From an uncultured Treponema sp. (GTDB lineage: Bacteria; Spirochaetota; Spirochaetia; Treponematales; Treponemataceae), in NCBI GenBank assembly GCA_946410085.1, contig CAMJZA010000001.1:26797-90796 (forward strand): 64,000 nt of DNA, written 5' to 3'. Under the pieces are notes generated by a model. That model saw nothing but the letters and a program-made list of their open reading frames with translations. It did not search any database and was not told the origin of the DNA. Both the position numbers and the translations under genes were made by a program. Shown here one piece after another: positions 24,824-34,323 of the stretch. Positions within the stretch are counted from its first letter, which is position 1. Every line of letters starts with the position of its first letter.

Positions 24824-27385
24824 ATGCAGCAAACTGCCGATTATCAAGATATGCGAAAATTTATCTCAAAATATACTGCACCGCTTGCAGGAGGCAGCTT
24901 TTCCTGCAGCGGCAGAATACACAAAATCATCATTTTTCTTCTATATATATGTCTCTCGGCTGCCGTCTGGACGGGCGGAGCCTTTGCCCAGACCAAGCCC
25001 CTGTACCGGCTGCCCTCGGGCATTCCGAGCAACATCAAGGCCGTTCCGGAAGGCGAGCCGCTCATCATCGGCTGCGACGACGGCCTGTACAGACTCCTTT
25101 CTTCCGGGAGCAGGCAGGCAGTCTGGACGGGCGGCTCGGTAACCCAGATCCTCCGCACGGCACACTGCTGGTACCTGCTCGGCGACCGGGGCGTCGTCAA
25201 GTCTACCGACCTCGTGACCTTTCAGGAGTGCAACGAGGGCCTTCCTTTCCTCACGGTCAAAAGCTATGACGGCGAAAACAAGACCCTCATCCGGCAGGTG
25301 CAGATCCTCAAGGACATCTGCGCCGACCCCTTTGACGAGAATGTCCTCGTGACGGCGACCAAGGACGCCGTGTACCTGTCCCGTGACGGAGCGGCGAGCT
25401 GGGTCTCCCTGGGGTCAACGAGCCGCTATACGCCGGGAATCAAGGCGGTTGCCTGTTCCCGCATGAAGACCTACAACAAGGCGGGCGAGGTAACCGGCAG
25501 CGAGCTCGTTGTCTTCATGGCGCACTCAATCTACGGCTTTTCCTATTACCGGGCGGACGCTGCCCGGCCCGCATGGATTGACGTGTCCGCCGGTTTTGCA
25601 ATTATGCCGAGCCTGTCCCAGACTGACGAAATGAGCGACATCCTGCCCGTCGTGGTGCAGGACGGGGACGGGAACCGCTATGCCGACATCTATGTGGCAA
25701 ACTCCTACCTGCCCAACATCTACCGCTTTGACTGGGAAAGCAAGCGGGCGGTGACCGTGTACAAGGGTAAGGAGGCCGCCGACACGATTGACGGCCTGTG
25801 CCAGAGCAACGGACAGCTGGTGTTTTCGACCGTGGGAAGCGTTGCCGCCCTTTCGCTCGACTCCGGTACGCTTGCGGAACTGCCGCCTGCGGGCAGGACC
25901 TGGCTTTCCCTCCTCCGTTCGGCGGGAACGGTGAATGCCGCCTACGTTCCTGCCGCAGCGAGCGGATTCGGGACTGCCCTGCAGCTTGCCGAACTCTGGC
26001 TTTTGACCCCTGACCGGCCCCAGACCGAATACGGGGGCGCGGCGAACGGGAAAAAGGCCCTGTATGCCTCTGCCTACCAGCTGCGGAATGCGGCAGGCAT
26101 AGAAAAATACAAGCGGCTTTCAAAGGCGAATGGCCTGAACGCCCTCGTCGTGGACATGAAGGATGACTACGGCCTGCTCCGCTTTCAGCCGGAAAGCGAG
26201 CTGCTCAAGGCGAAGGGCTCGGTTACGATGTACAAGATTGACGTGGAAAACTTCGTCCGCGAGATGAAGCAGGAAGGCATCTACCTCATTGCCCGCATCG
26301 TCGTGTTCAAGGACAAGAACCTCGCTTCCTACGGGGGCGGCAAGTACGCGGCCTGGGACTGGCGGAACAAGAAGCCCTGGGTGGGCGTGCGCGGCGAGGA
26401 GGACGTGCTGGACGAACAGGGGAACGTCATGCGGGACGAGCAGGGCAATCCCCTGCCCAAGAAGACGGTCTACTATGACGAGAACTGGGTAGACCCCTAC
26501 AGCGAGGAAGTCTGGCAGTACAACATCGAGATTGCGCGGGAGCTGATAGCACGGGGCTTCGATGAAATTCAGTTTGACTACATCCGCTTCCCGACTGACG
26601 GCAAGAATATGGAAAACATCTCCTTCCGCTGGAAGGATGAGGGAATGGACAAGGAGAGCGCCCTGCTTTCCTTCCTGCGCTATGCGCGGGCGAACATTCA
26701 GGCCCCGATCGGCATAGACATTTACGGGGCAAACGGCTGGTACCGGTCCGGCACGCGGACGGGGCAGGACGTGGAGCTGTTCTGCAACTACGTGGACGTC
26801 GTGTGCCCCATGTTCTACCCCTCGCACTTTGAGCAGGACTTCATGGAATACAAGCCGGTCAAGGAGCGGCCCTACCGCATCTACTTCTTCGGGTCCTACC
26901 GCAATACGGTTTCTGCCCGCAACCGGATGATTGTTCGCCCCTGGGTGCAGGCCTTTTACATGGGCGTGCGCTATGACCGGCTGAACTACGACAAGGACTA
27001 TGTGCGCCGGGAGATTTTCGGCGTGCGCGATGCGCTCAACCGGGGCTACATGTACTGGAACAATTCGGGCGGCGACTACGGGGATATCAGCCCGGACATC
27101 ACGGACGACGAGCTGTCGCCCTGGTATGCGGACGAGGCTGCCCTGCAGACCCGCCTGCCGGCCTTCAGTTCCGGTCCGGGGGCGTCCGCCCGGAAGAAGG
27201 GGGAAGAGGGCAGTTCCTTTGCCGCCGGGGAAAGGCCGGACGCGCTGATGACCCACAGGCAGGACATGATTTCGATCCTGAACTCCCTGCTGGACAAGGA
27301 GTACGAGCCGGAAGGCAGCGTCTTCGGTTCAGCCCCCGGCCGCCTGCTGCGCGTCCTGCCGCTTGACCTCTTCGGCCTCCAGTAG
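24824..27385 (+). CDS. Secreted protein with an Asp-box beta-propeller-like N-domain and a DUF4015-type putative glycoside hydrolase TIM barrel
   Basis: Signal peptide KIIIFLLYICLSAAVWTGGAFAQ. Asp-box SRDGAASW. The C-terminal half (NALVVDMKDDYG...IARIVVFKD...WVDPYSEEVWQYNIEIARELIARGFDEIQFDYIRFP) is typical of DUF4015. The ORF-track start at 24752 lies inside the repeats, so I moved it to ATG 24824 (24851 is also possible). Confidence 0.75.
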   Translation: MQQTADYQDMRKFISKYTAPLAGGSFSCSGRIHKIIIFLLYICLSAAVWTGGAFAQTKPLYRLPSGIPSNIKAVPEGEPLIIGCDDGLYRLLSSGSRQAVWTGGSVTQILRTAHCWYLLGDRGVVKSTDLVTFQECNEGLPFLTVKSYDGENKTLIRQVQILKDICADPFDENVLVTATKDAVYLSRDGAASWVSLGSTSRYTPGIKAVACSRMKTYNKAGEVTGSELVVFMAHSIYGFSYYRADAARPAWIDVSAGFAIMPSLSQTDEMSDILPVVVQDGDGNRYADIYVANSYLPNIYRFDWESKRAVTVYKGKEAADTIDGLCQSNGQLVFSTVGSVAALSLDSGTLAELPPAGRTWLSLLRSAGTVNAAYVPAAASGFGTALQLAELWLLTPDRPQTEYGGAANGKKALYASAYQLRNAAGIEKYKRLSKANGLNALVVDMKDDYGLLRFQPESELLKAKGSVTMYKIDVENFVREMKQEGIYLIARIVVFKDKNLASYGGGKYAAWDWRNKKPWVGVRGEEDVLDEQGNVMRDEQGNPLPKKTVYYDENWVDPYSEEVWQYNIEIARELIARGFDEIQFDYIRFPTDGKNMENISFRWKDEGMDKESALLSFLRYARANIQAPIGIDIYGANGWYRSGTRTGQDVELFCNYVDVVCPMFYPSHFEQDFMEYKPVKERPYRIYFFGSYRNTVSARNRMIVRPWVQAFYMGVRYDRLNYDKDYVRREIFGVRDALNRGYMYWNNSGGDYGDISPDITDDELSPWYADEAALQTRLPAFSSGPGASARKKGEEGSSFAAGERPDALMTHRQDMISILNSLLDKEYEPEGSVFGSAPGRLLRVLPLDLFGLQ

Positions 27386-27394
27386 GAGCCCTAC

Positions 27395-27423
27395 TTGAAA
27401 CCGGCGGGGCTTCCAACTATAAT
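27395..27423 (+). promoter_or_regulatory. Sigma70-type promoter
   Basis: TTGAAA, 17 nt, TATAAT. Followed by AAAAGGAGG and ATG 27449. Confidence 0.55.
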
Positions 27424-27448
27424 GGGCGTATAAAAGGAGGTGTCTGTC

Positions 27449-27874
27449 ATGAACCTGAAGAAAACGCTTGTCGCCCTGCTGCTTTCTGTTGCGGCCGGTG
27501 TTGTTTTTGCCTATGATGGAACTGTTGTCGGGGGAAAGGACGGAGAGTTTTCCCGCAAGGAGTTCATAGAGGCAGCTGCCGACATGGATCAGATTTATTC
27601 CGTCGTGGAAACTTTTGCACAGGGCGCTGAGATCCTGCGTTTCTACAATGTGAACGAAGACAACATGGATGAGGAGGACGTAAGCTTCTTCAACGACGTA
27701 ACAGCCTACATCAAGGACAAGTACACGGTGAAGAACCGGGACGGCTATTCGCATATCGTCGTGCGGGGTGAAACGCAGGATGGAACCGACGGCTGGCTGA
27801 TCCTGTCCCATTATTCAGCGTCTGCCAGCGACAAGTGGTTCCATTACATCTACTATTTTGAAATCGCTGACTGA
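27449..27874 (+). CDS. Small secreted protein of unknown function
   Basis: Signal peptide MNLKKTLVALLLSVAAGVVFA. Strong Shine-Dalgarno sequence. 141 aa. Confidence 0.65.
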   Translation: MNLKKTLVALLLSVAAGVVFAYDGTVVGGKDGEFSRKEFIEAAADMDQIYSVVETFAQGAEILRFYNVNEDNMDEEDVSFFNDVTAYIKDKYTVKNRDGYSHIVVRGETQDGTDGWLILSHYSASASDKWFHYIYYFEIAD

Positions 27875-27894
27875 GGGAGTTCTCGAGGTTTCGT

Positions 27895-29967
27895 ATGAAA
27901 AAAATTGTTGCCGGTTCAACGGCCGTGCTTCTGATGCTCACGGCTTCCGGGGCCCTGATAGGCTGTAAGTCAACCCCCGATGAGTCTACTTCATCGTCGG
28001 ACTCATCCCTTGAATCGACGTCCAGTGTCGATTCCGCCGGGGCGGATGCTGATTTTGACATTGACGGGGAGGAGCGTGAGACCGACTCCTCCGGTGAGGG
28101 TGATGACGCGGAGGCGCCTGACGGTGACGCTGCCGCCGAGGGCAGCGGTGAAACTGCCCGGGAGGGGGCGCAGTCATGGATTACCTCTGACGGTACGGCT
28201 TCTTCCAACCGCGAAGACGAAAAGAAGGAAGGCGGATTCGGCAATTCCTACGGCCTCGCTTCGGGCGAAGGCGTGAACGGGGACGGTGTTGCAGTGATGA
28301 AGGGCGGTGAGGCCGGTGAGGTCGACACGAGTGCTTCCGGCAGCGCCCCGAACGATGAGGAGAACTTTCCTTCTACGATGGAACGGCTCAAGAATGCCGG
28401 CAAGGGTTCAGCGTCTTCCGACGGAACAGAGGCTGACGGTGACGGGGCGGATGCTTCTGCCGGGGCGGGCACGGAGACTGCATCCGCAGAGAGCGGCGGA
28501 AGCCGGCAGAGTGCCGTTGCGCCCAATGCAAACGACAGCAGTACGGCCGGTCTGGGTGACCGGTCAAAGAATAATTCCGGCAGCGGTGCGGGCACCGGAA
28601 CCGGCGGCTCTGCTTCCGGGTCCGGGGCGGACGGAACTTCGGGCGGCAGTGCAAAGAACGGTAATGCAAAGAATAATGGGAGCGGTATTTCCGGTACGTC
28701 CAGCATAGACGGTTCCCGCAATGCCAATCCGACGGTGGCAAAGCCGCAGGCGGAGTCGCGGACGGGAAACAAGAACGACAAGAGTTCCGGTGCGAACGGC
28801 TCGGGCACGGGTTCGGCGGCACAGAACGGTACAAACAAGAACGGCACGGGCTCCGGCAGCGGCTCCGGCGCACAGAACGGAAACAAGAACGGCACGGGCT
28901 CCGGCAGCGGCTCCGGCGCACAGAACGGAAACAAGAACGGCACGGGGGCAGGAACAGGCTCCGGGACCGGTAAAAACGGCACGGGGACTGCTTCGGCGAA
29001 TTCCGGGTCGAATACGAACGCTTCCGGGACTGGGAATACGACTGCCCAGAACGGGACGAATAAGAACGCTTCCGGCAACGGCGGTAACGGTACCGGTACA
29101 AACGCTTCCGGCACGAATGCCAACGGGAACGGGAACGGCAGGAATGCCGGGTCCGGCACGAACGGTACTGCTGGCGCTTCCGGCAATGGGGCAGGCAATG
29201 CGTCCGGGAAGGATGCTTCTGCGTCATCTGCTTCGAAGGGAACGAATACGGGAAAAGAAATTGCGAAGGCCGACGGAACTTCCGGCGGGGCGGGGATTTC
29301 CACGAACGGGAGCGGGGATGCGGAATCGGGCTCGGGTAACGGCGGCAAGGCCGGTAACGGTGCCGGCGGAACAGCGGCGAAGGACCGGCAGGGGATGACC
29401 GGCGACGGCACGACCGATTACGTTGAAAAGTTCAGCAAGTGGTTCCATCCGGCGCTTGCAGACGTCCAGCGCTGCGGCTATTTCTATACGACGCCGGAAA
29501 TCTGCCAGTTCGACATGATACAGGGCGACTTCCGCAAGGTGTCGGGATACAAGAAGGCGGCCTACGGCTTCGTCTTCGGCTACAGCCAGCCCGACCCGCG
29601 CGGCTACCTGTCCGACTACATCCGCTTTGAAATCAACGTTGACGGGGAATATGCCCTCTATACTTGGGACGGCCAGAACTACGTGGACCTGGTGGAGCCG
29701 AATGACCGGGGAACGGCGTATTTCTATGAGCACCCTGCAATCTACAAGGGCTACAACACGCTCAACCAGATTAAGATAGAGGACACGGGCTCTTCCTACA
29801 ATGTCTACGTGAACGGCACGCTGATACAGGGCAATATTCCCTACCTGACCGGCCGGGCGACCAGGGGCGTCATGGCCTTCTTCTCGGTTGCAAAGGAGCA
29901 CCAGGAAGATCTGCCCAGGACGCCGGTCAACGTGGGCATGCGGATTACGGACGTAAAGCGGCACTAA
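27895..29967 (+). CDS. Lipoprotein with a ~430-aa G/S/N/T/A-rich disordered region and a ~180-aa globular C-terminal domain
   Basis: Lipobox LTASGALIGC. Long low-complexity region with GTGSGSGSGAQNGNKN repeats. The C-terminal beta-rich domain (YGFVFGY...IRFEINVDGEYALYTWDG...YNVYVNGTLI) suggests a lectin/jelly-roll-like fold. Confidence 0.75.
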   Translation: MKKIVAGSTAVLLMLTASGALIGCKSTPDESTSSSDSSLESTSSVDSAGADADFDIDGEERETDSSGEGDDAEAPDGDAAAEGSGETAREGAQSWITSDGTASSNREDEKKEGGFGNSYGLASGEGVNGDGVAVMKGGEAGEVDTSASGSAPNDEENFPSTMERLKNAGKGSASSDGTEADGDGADASAGAGTETASAESGGSRQSAVAPNANDSSTAGLGDRSKNNSGSGAGTGTGGSASGSGADGTSGGSAKNGNAKNNGSGISGTSSIDGSRNANPTVAKPQAESRTGNKNDKSSGANGSGTGSAAQNGTNKNGTGSGSGSGAQNGNKNGTGSGSGSGAQNGNKNGTGAGTGSGTGKNGTGTASANSGSNTNASGTGNTTAQNGTNKNASGNGGNGTGTNASGTNANGNGNGRNAGSGTNGTAGASGNGAGNASGKDASASSASKGTNTGKEIAKADGTSGGAGISTNGSGDAESGSGNGGKAGNGAGGTAAKDRQGMTGDGTTDYVEKFSKWFHPALADVQRCGYFYTTPEICQFDMIQGDFRKVSGYKKAAYGFVFGYSQPDPRGYLSDYIRFEINVDGEYALYTWDGQNYVDLVEPNDRGTAYFYEHPAIYKGYNTLNQIKIEDTGSSYNVYVNGTLIQGNIPYLTGRATRGVMAFFSVAKEHQEDLPRTPVNVGMRITDVKRH
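28843..28938 (+). repeat. Perfect 48-bp tandem duplication inside the lipoprotein gene
   Basis: GGCACGGGCTCCGGCAGCGGCTCCGGCGCACAGAACGGAAACAAGAAC occurs at 28843-28890 and 28891-28938. Degenerate copies lie on both sides. Confidence 0.9.
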
Positions 29968-30020
29968 TGCCGGGGTTCGTATACCGAAAACGGAGCTGAC
30001 GGCGGGGCGGGGAAAGAACG

Positions 30021-30989
30021 ATGCTCAAGTACGTGCTGAAACGGGTCGCACTCATGCTGCTGAGCCTGTTCGTCATCATGACCATGCTGTTCATCCTCAT
30101 CCGCCTGCTTCCCAATCCCGTTGAGTCGGTTGCAGGGGGCTACGACAAGGCCCTGCGCGACATGCGGGAGGCATGGGGCTACAACAAGCCCCTGCTCGTC
30201 CAGTACGGCATTTTCCTGAAGCGGGTGTTCACGAAGGGGGACTGGGGCTTCTGTACCTCGATGGGGACCTTCCTGCAGCCGGTAACGGCATACATCGGCA
30301 GCAAGCTCCCTGCAACGATTTACATCAACGTGCTGTCCGTCATCATATCCGTGCCGCTCGGCATCATATTCGGCATCATTGCGGCGGTGAACAAGAACCG
30401 CTGGCCTGACCAGCTGATTCAGGTGTTCATCATGGTTTTCATTTCGGTGCCTGCCTTTATCTACGCATTCCTGCTGCAGTATTTCATCGGCTACAGGCTG
30501 GGCCTGTGTCCGCTGGTTTTCGGCGACGGCACGGACTGGTTTTCCTGGAAGATGCTTCATTCTGCCGTCATGCCGGTCCTTGCCCTTTCCTTCGGGCCGA
30601 TTGCGGGCAACATGCGCCTGATCCGCGCAGAGCTCACCGAACAGCTGACGAGCGAGTACATGCTGCTGGCGCGCACGAAAGGCCTGACCCGCAGGCAGGC
30701 AACCGTGCGCCACGCCCTGCGGAACTCGCTCGTGCCGCTCATGCCTTCGTTCCTGGGGGAGTTCATCGGCATACTGGGCGGGTCGATGATTATAGAGCAG
30801 ATTTTCGCCGTTCCCGGCATAGGCCGCAGCTACGTGCAGTCAATCGCCGTCAAGGATTACTCGGTGTTCATGGCCATCTCCATGTTCTATGTGGCAATCG
30901 GTCTTGCGGCGGGAATCGTCAGCGACCTGTCGTACGGCTTCATTGACCCCCGGATCCGGATGGGCGCGGGAAAGACGGGCAGCCTGTAG
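30021..30989 (+). CDS. ABC transporter permease, OppB/DppB family (orphan)
   Basis: N-terminus MLKYVLKRVALMLLSLFVIMTMLFILIRLLP and the EAA-loop region YMLLARTKGLTRRQATVRHALRNSL. No cognate OppA/C/D/F genes are adjacent. Confidence 0.85.
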   Translation: MLKYVLKRVALMLLSLFVIMTMLFILIRLLPNPVESVAGGYDKALRDMREAWGYNKPLLVQYGIFLKRVFTKGDWGFCTSMGTFLQPVTAYIGSKLPATIYINVLSVIISVPLGIIFGIIAAVNKNRWPDQLIQVFIMVFISVPAFIYAFLLQYFIGYRLGLCPLVFGDGTDWFSWKMLHSAVMPVLALSFGPIAGNMRLIRAELTEQLTSEYMLLARTKGLTRRQATVRHALRNSLVPLMPSFLGEFIGILGGSMIIEQIFAVPGIGRSYVQSIAVKDYSVFMAISMFYVAIGLAAGIVSDLSYGFIDPRIRMGAGKTGSL

Positions 30990-31118
30990 GCCGGGCAAAA
31001 AAACACTCTTTTTCCGAAATTTTTTTTCATTACATGTACATTCCTGTCAGTTCTCCGCAATACATACGGTGAAGACTTTGAAGAGCAGGAAGCTCAGGAG
31101 CGCACGGGACGCCGCAGG

Positions 31119-31205
31119 ACGCAGTGCGTTACGGGACACGCTGTGCCGCCGGGCGCAGTGCGTTACGGGATGCGCTGTGCCGTCAGGCGCAGTCCGTCCG
31201 CAGGA
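31119..31205. repeat. About 2.5 tandem copies of a 34-bp unit
   Basis: GCAGTGCGTTACGGGA(C/T)(A/G)CGCTGTGCCG(C/T)C(G/A)GGC recurs with a period of 34 (31121, 31155, and a degenerate copy at 31189). Confidence 0.8.
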
Positions 31206-31303
31206 CGTTGTGTGCCCTCCCTGTTTCCGGCGTTCCGGGGTTTTCTGTGCGGGCCGGCGCCGCCCGCTCTGTCTTCGAGACTATTGTTTTGAGGTGAATC
31301 CGT

Positions 31304-31810
31304 ATGAATTCGTTGAACCAGATTATTTTGGAAGGAAATGTATCGCGTCAGCCGGAATTGAGGCAGTCGGCAGCAGGGACCTCTGTGTGCATCATACCGA
31401 TTGCAGTGAACCGCTCCTATAAGAATGCGAGGGGAGAGACGACGGAGGAGGTATCCTTCTTTGATGTCGCTTCATTCGGCAGGACGGCGGAAGTCTGCAG
31501 CAGGTATGCGACGGTCGGCCGCCATGTCCGCGTCGTCGGCAGGATTAAGCAGGACCGCTGGAAGAATCAGGAAGGAAAGGCACAGAGCAAGGTGAGCATC
31601 ATTGCCGAGCACGTGGAACTGCTCAACCTGCCCCGCAGGCAGTGGGAGGAAAGTTCCCGCCGTGACGGAGCGGGGCAGTCTTCCGGCGGAAAGACGGAAG
31701 CGGCGGAAACGCTCATTGCGGTGAATACCGCCGCAGCCTGCGAACAGCCGCTCCCGCTGGAAGCCGTTCCGGCCGGTGAAGGGGACGGCGAGGAAATCCC
31801 CGCCTTCTAG
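31304..31810 (+). CDS. ssb: Single-stranded DNA-binding protein
   Basis: OB-fold N-terminus MNSLNQIILEGNVSRQPELRQ...FFDVASFGRTAEV. Disordered tail ending in the acidic tip GDGEEIPAF. Confidence 0.85.
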   Translation: MNSLNQIILEGNVSRQPELRQSAAGTSVCIIPIAVNRSYKNARGETTEEVSFFDVASFGRTAEVCSRYATVGRHVRVVGRIKQDRWKNQEGKAQSKVSIIAEHVELLNLPRRQWEESSRRDGAGQSSGGKTEAAETLIAVNTAAACEQPLPLEAVPAGEGDGEEIPAF

Positions 31811-31865
31811 GACGGCAGGCTGACTGCGGCCTTGCGCGGCATCGGGGCCGCGCGGGGCCCGGTCT

Positions 31866-32192
31866 GTGCGGGCAGGCTGTCCCGACCAGGACCCTGCGTC
31901 TGTGCATGGGGCCTCGAATTTCATCGGGGCCCGCTTGCTATTGATTACAGGGGATTTATGGATTATCATACTCTTAAGCCTTTGTGGAGGAACGGGAATC
32001 ATGGAACAGATTGAAGCGTACGACATAGCCGACGATCTTGAGACGCAGGAAGATGTCCTTGCATATCTCAGTGAGGTTATGGATGGTCCGGGAAATCCAG
32101 AATTGCTGCTTGCCGCTGTCGGAGAGGTTGCCAGAAGCAAGGGCTTTACGCAAGGCCCGTGCAGTCCGCCTGAGGCTGCTGCCGGTTTCTGA
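31866..32192 (+). pseudogene. Decayed HigB/HigA-type addiction module. A toxin C-terminal remnant is fused to a truncated antidote protein.
   Basis: MEQIEAYDIADDLETQEDVLAYLSEVMDGPGNPELLLAAVGEVARSKGFTQ matches the N-half of addiction-module antidote proteins, but the HTH half is missing. The upstream in-frame GDLWIIILLSLCGG resembles the (I/L)LLLCGGDK end of the cognate killer proteins. Confidence 0.4.
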
Positions 32193-32237
32193 CATTCCGG
32201 CGGGATGCGGGCAGGGGCGTCATGGGGCGGGCGGGCA

Positions 32238-32262
32238 GTGCAAAAGCTGCCCGCTTTTGCAC
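32238..32262 (+). terminator. Hairpin related to the 18761-18791 repeat, followed by a short T-run
   Basis: GTGCAAAAGC-tgccc-GCTTTTGCAC, a 10-bp stem. An alternative overlapping stem is GCGGGCAG/CTGCCCGC. Confidence 0.45.
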
Positions 32263-32325
32263 CGGCTCCGTTGTACTTTGTTCCGTTATGGTGTATCATA
32301 AGGAAACTTTGACCGGGAGTCTCCT

Positions 32326-34272
32326 ATGGAACGTTCTAAAATCGTCGTCTTGGATTTCGGCAGCCAGTATGCCCACCTGATTGCCAAGCGCCTCCGCATG
32401 ATGGGCTACTATTCCGAAATTGCCCTGCCTTCTGCCCCGCTTTCGGCGTTTGCACAGGCGAAGGGAATCATCATGAGCGGGGGGCCTGCCTCCGTGTACG
32501 AGAAGGACATTCCCGAGTTCAACAGTGACATCCTGAAGCTGGACATTCCCGTGCTGGGCCTCTGCTACGGCCACCAGCAGATGGCGATGTGCTACGGAGG
32601 AAGGGTCGGCAAGGCTGCCGTGGGCGAGTTCGGCATTGCGCAGCTGGAACTGAACGAAGCGGGCAAAAACTCCCCTCTCTTCCGGGGCGTGCAGGCAGTC
32701 TCCGATGTCACGCAGGTGTGGATGAGCCATCAGGACGAAATCCTTGCACCCGGCGGCGGCTTTGAGGTCATCGGACAGACGAAGGACTGCCGCTATGCTG
32801 CCCTGCAGGATCTTGCCAGAAAGCGTTTTTCCCTCCAGTGTCACTGTGAGGTCAAGGACACGCCCGAAGGAAACAAGATTTTTGAAAACTTTGCCGTCAC
32901 AATCTGCGGGATGGAGCGCAACTGGGACGAGGACACCGTCCTCAATCATATCATGGAAAGCATACGCACGCAGGCAGGGGACCGGAAGGTGCTGCTGTTC
33001 CTGTCCGGCGGGGTGGATTCCACCGTTGCCTTTGCCCTGCTGAACAGGGCACTGGGCCAGGATAAGGTGCTGGGCCTGCACATAGACAACGGCTTCATGC
33101 GTAAGGACGAGAGCCGCCGGGTTGCCGAGGCATATAAGGCGCACGGCTTTACGAACTTCATCACCGAAGACGCAGGCGAGACTTTCCTTGCCGCCGTCGC
33201 AGGCCTGACCGACCCGCAGAAGAAGCGGATGGCGGTGGGAGAGACCTTCATCAAGGTGCGCGATGCCGTCGTCGCCAGGCTGGGACTGGAGCAAAGCGGG
33301 GAGTGCGGGCCGGGTGAAAACTGGCTGCTCGCACAGGGGACCCTCTACCCGGACATCATCGAGTCGGGCGGAACCAAAAACTCCCATGTCATCAAGACCC
33401 ACCACAACCGGGTGGAAGGCATACAGAAGCTGATTGCACAGGGGCTTGTCATAGAACCGCTCAGGGACCTGTACAAGGACGAGGTGCGTTCCATCGGGAA
33501 GAAGATAGGGCTTTCCGACGAGCTGGTCATGCGCCATCCCTTCCCGGGGCCGGGCCTGAGCATCAACGTGCTCTGTTCCGACGGCAGGATGGCGGAAGGG
33601 GACGTCGCGGACTACGAGGCCGCAAAGAAAGAGCTTGCCGCGCTGGATACGGGCGGGATTTTCTGCGGCGAGTGCACGGCTTCGCTCAGGCTGTCCGTCC
33701 TGCCGGTCCGCTCGGTCGGCGTGCAGGGGGACTTCCGCACCTACCGCTTCCCGGCCGCCGCGATGTTCGAAAAGGACGACGGGGAAGATTCAGCAAACGG
33801 AGGCCTTTCGCAGGGCTTCCTGCACCTGCCCAAGAAATGGGACAAGCTTGAAGCCCTGTCCTCGCGGGTAACGAACCGCTGTGACAAGCTGAACCGCTGC
33901 ATCATCATGCTCTACCGGCGGCCGGGTCTTTCCGATTCCGACCTTGCCCTGCAGGAGGGCTACTGCGACAAGCGGCGGCTCGATCAGATCCGCGATGCGG
34001 ACGACATCGTGCTGACTGCCCTGCACAGGAGCGGCTGGTACGGCAGGATTTTCCAGCACCTGACGATAAACCTGCCCTATGCTTCGTCGAAGGAGCACTG
34101 CAGCATTGTCCTGCGGCCCCTCTGTTCCGAGGACGTCATGACCGCCCGCTTTGCCTGGCTTGACAAAGATCTGCTGGAGGGCATGGTGCGCGACATTGCC
34201 GCCCTGCCGTACGTTGACGCCGTGTTCTACGATTTGACGAACAAGCCGCCTGCAACCTTCGGCTGGGAGTAA
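32326..34272 (+). CDS. guaA: GMP synthase (glutamine-hydrolysing), long form
   Basis: GATase motif LGLCYGHQ, PP-loop FLSGGVDST, C-terminal KPPATFGWE. At 648 aa it is about 125 aa longer than typical bacterial GuaA. Confidence 0.9.
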   Translation: MERSKIVVLDFGSQYAHLIAKRLRMMGYYSEIALPSAPLSAFAQAKGIIMSGGPASVYEKDIPEFNSDILKLDIPVLGLCYGHQQMAMCYGGRVGKAAVGEFGIAQLELNEAGKNSPLFRGVQAVSDVTQVWMSHQDEILAPGGGFEVIGQTKDCRYAALQDLARKRFSLQCHCEVKDTPEGNKIFENFAVTICGMERNWDEDTVLNHIMESIRTQAGDRKVLLFLSGGVDSTVAFALLNRALGQDKVLGLHIDNGFMRKDESRRVAEAYKAHGFTNFITEDAGETFLAAVAGLTDPQKKRMAVGETFIKVRDAVVARLGLEQSGECGPGENWLLAQGTLYPDIIESGGTKNSHVIKTHHNRVEGIQKLIAQGLVIEPLRDLYKDEVRSIGKKIGLSDELVMRHPFPGPGLSINVLCSDGRMAEGDVADYEAAKKELAALDTGGIFCGECTASLRLSVLPVRSVGVQGDFRTYRFPAAAMFEKDDGEDSANGGLSQGFLHLPKKWDKLEALSSRVTNRCDKLNRCIIMLYRRPGLSDSDLALQEGYCDKRRLDQIRDADDIVLTALHRSGWYGRIFQHLTINLPYASSKEHCSIVLRPLCSEDVMTARFAWLDKDLLEGMVRDIAALPYVDAVFYDLTNKPPATFGWE

Positions 34273-34323
34273 GGGAGCGAGACAGTTTCAGAATTAACTT
34301 TCAGGGTATATGGAGGTAATGAA

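Noticed and set aside
31472-32299. A 275-aa minus-strand ORF spanning the ssb 3' end and the higBA remnant.
   Set aside because: It has an antisense-type composition and no motif, and it overlaps a confident ssb gene.
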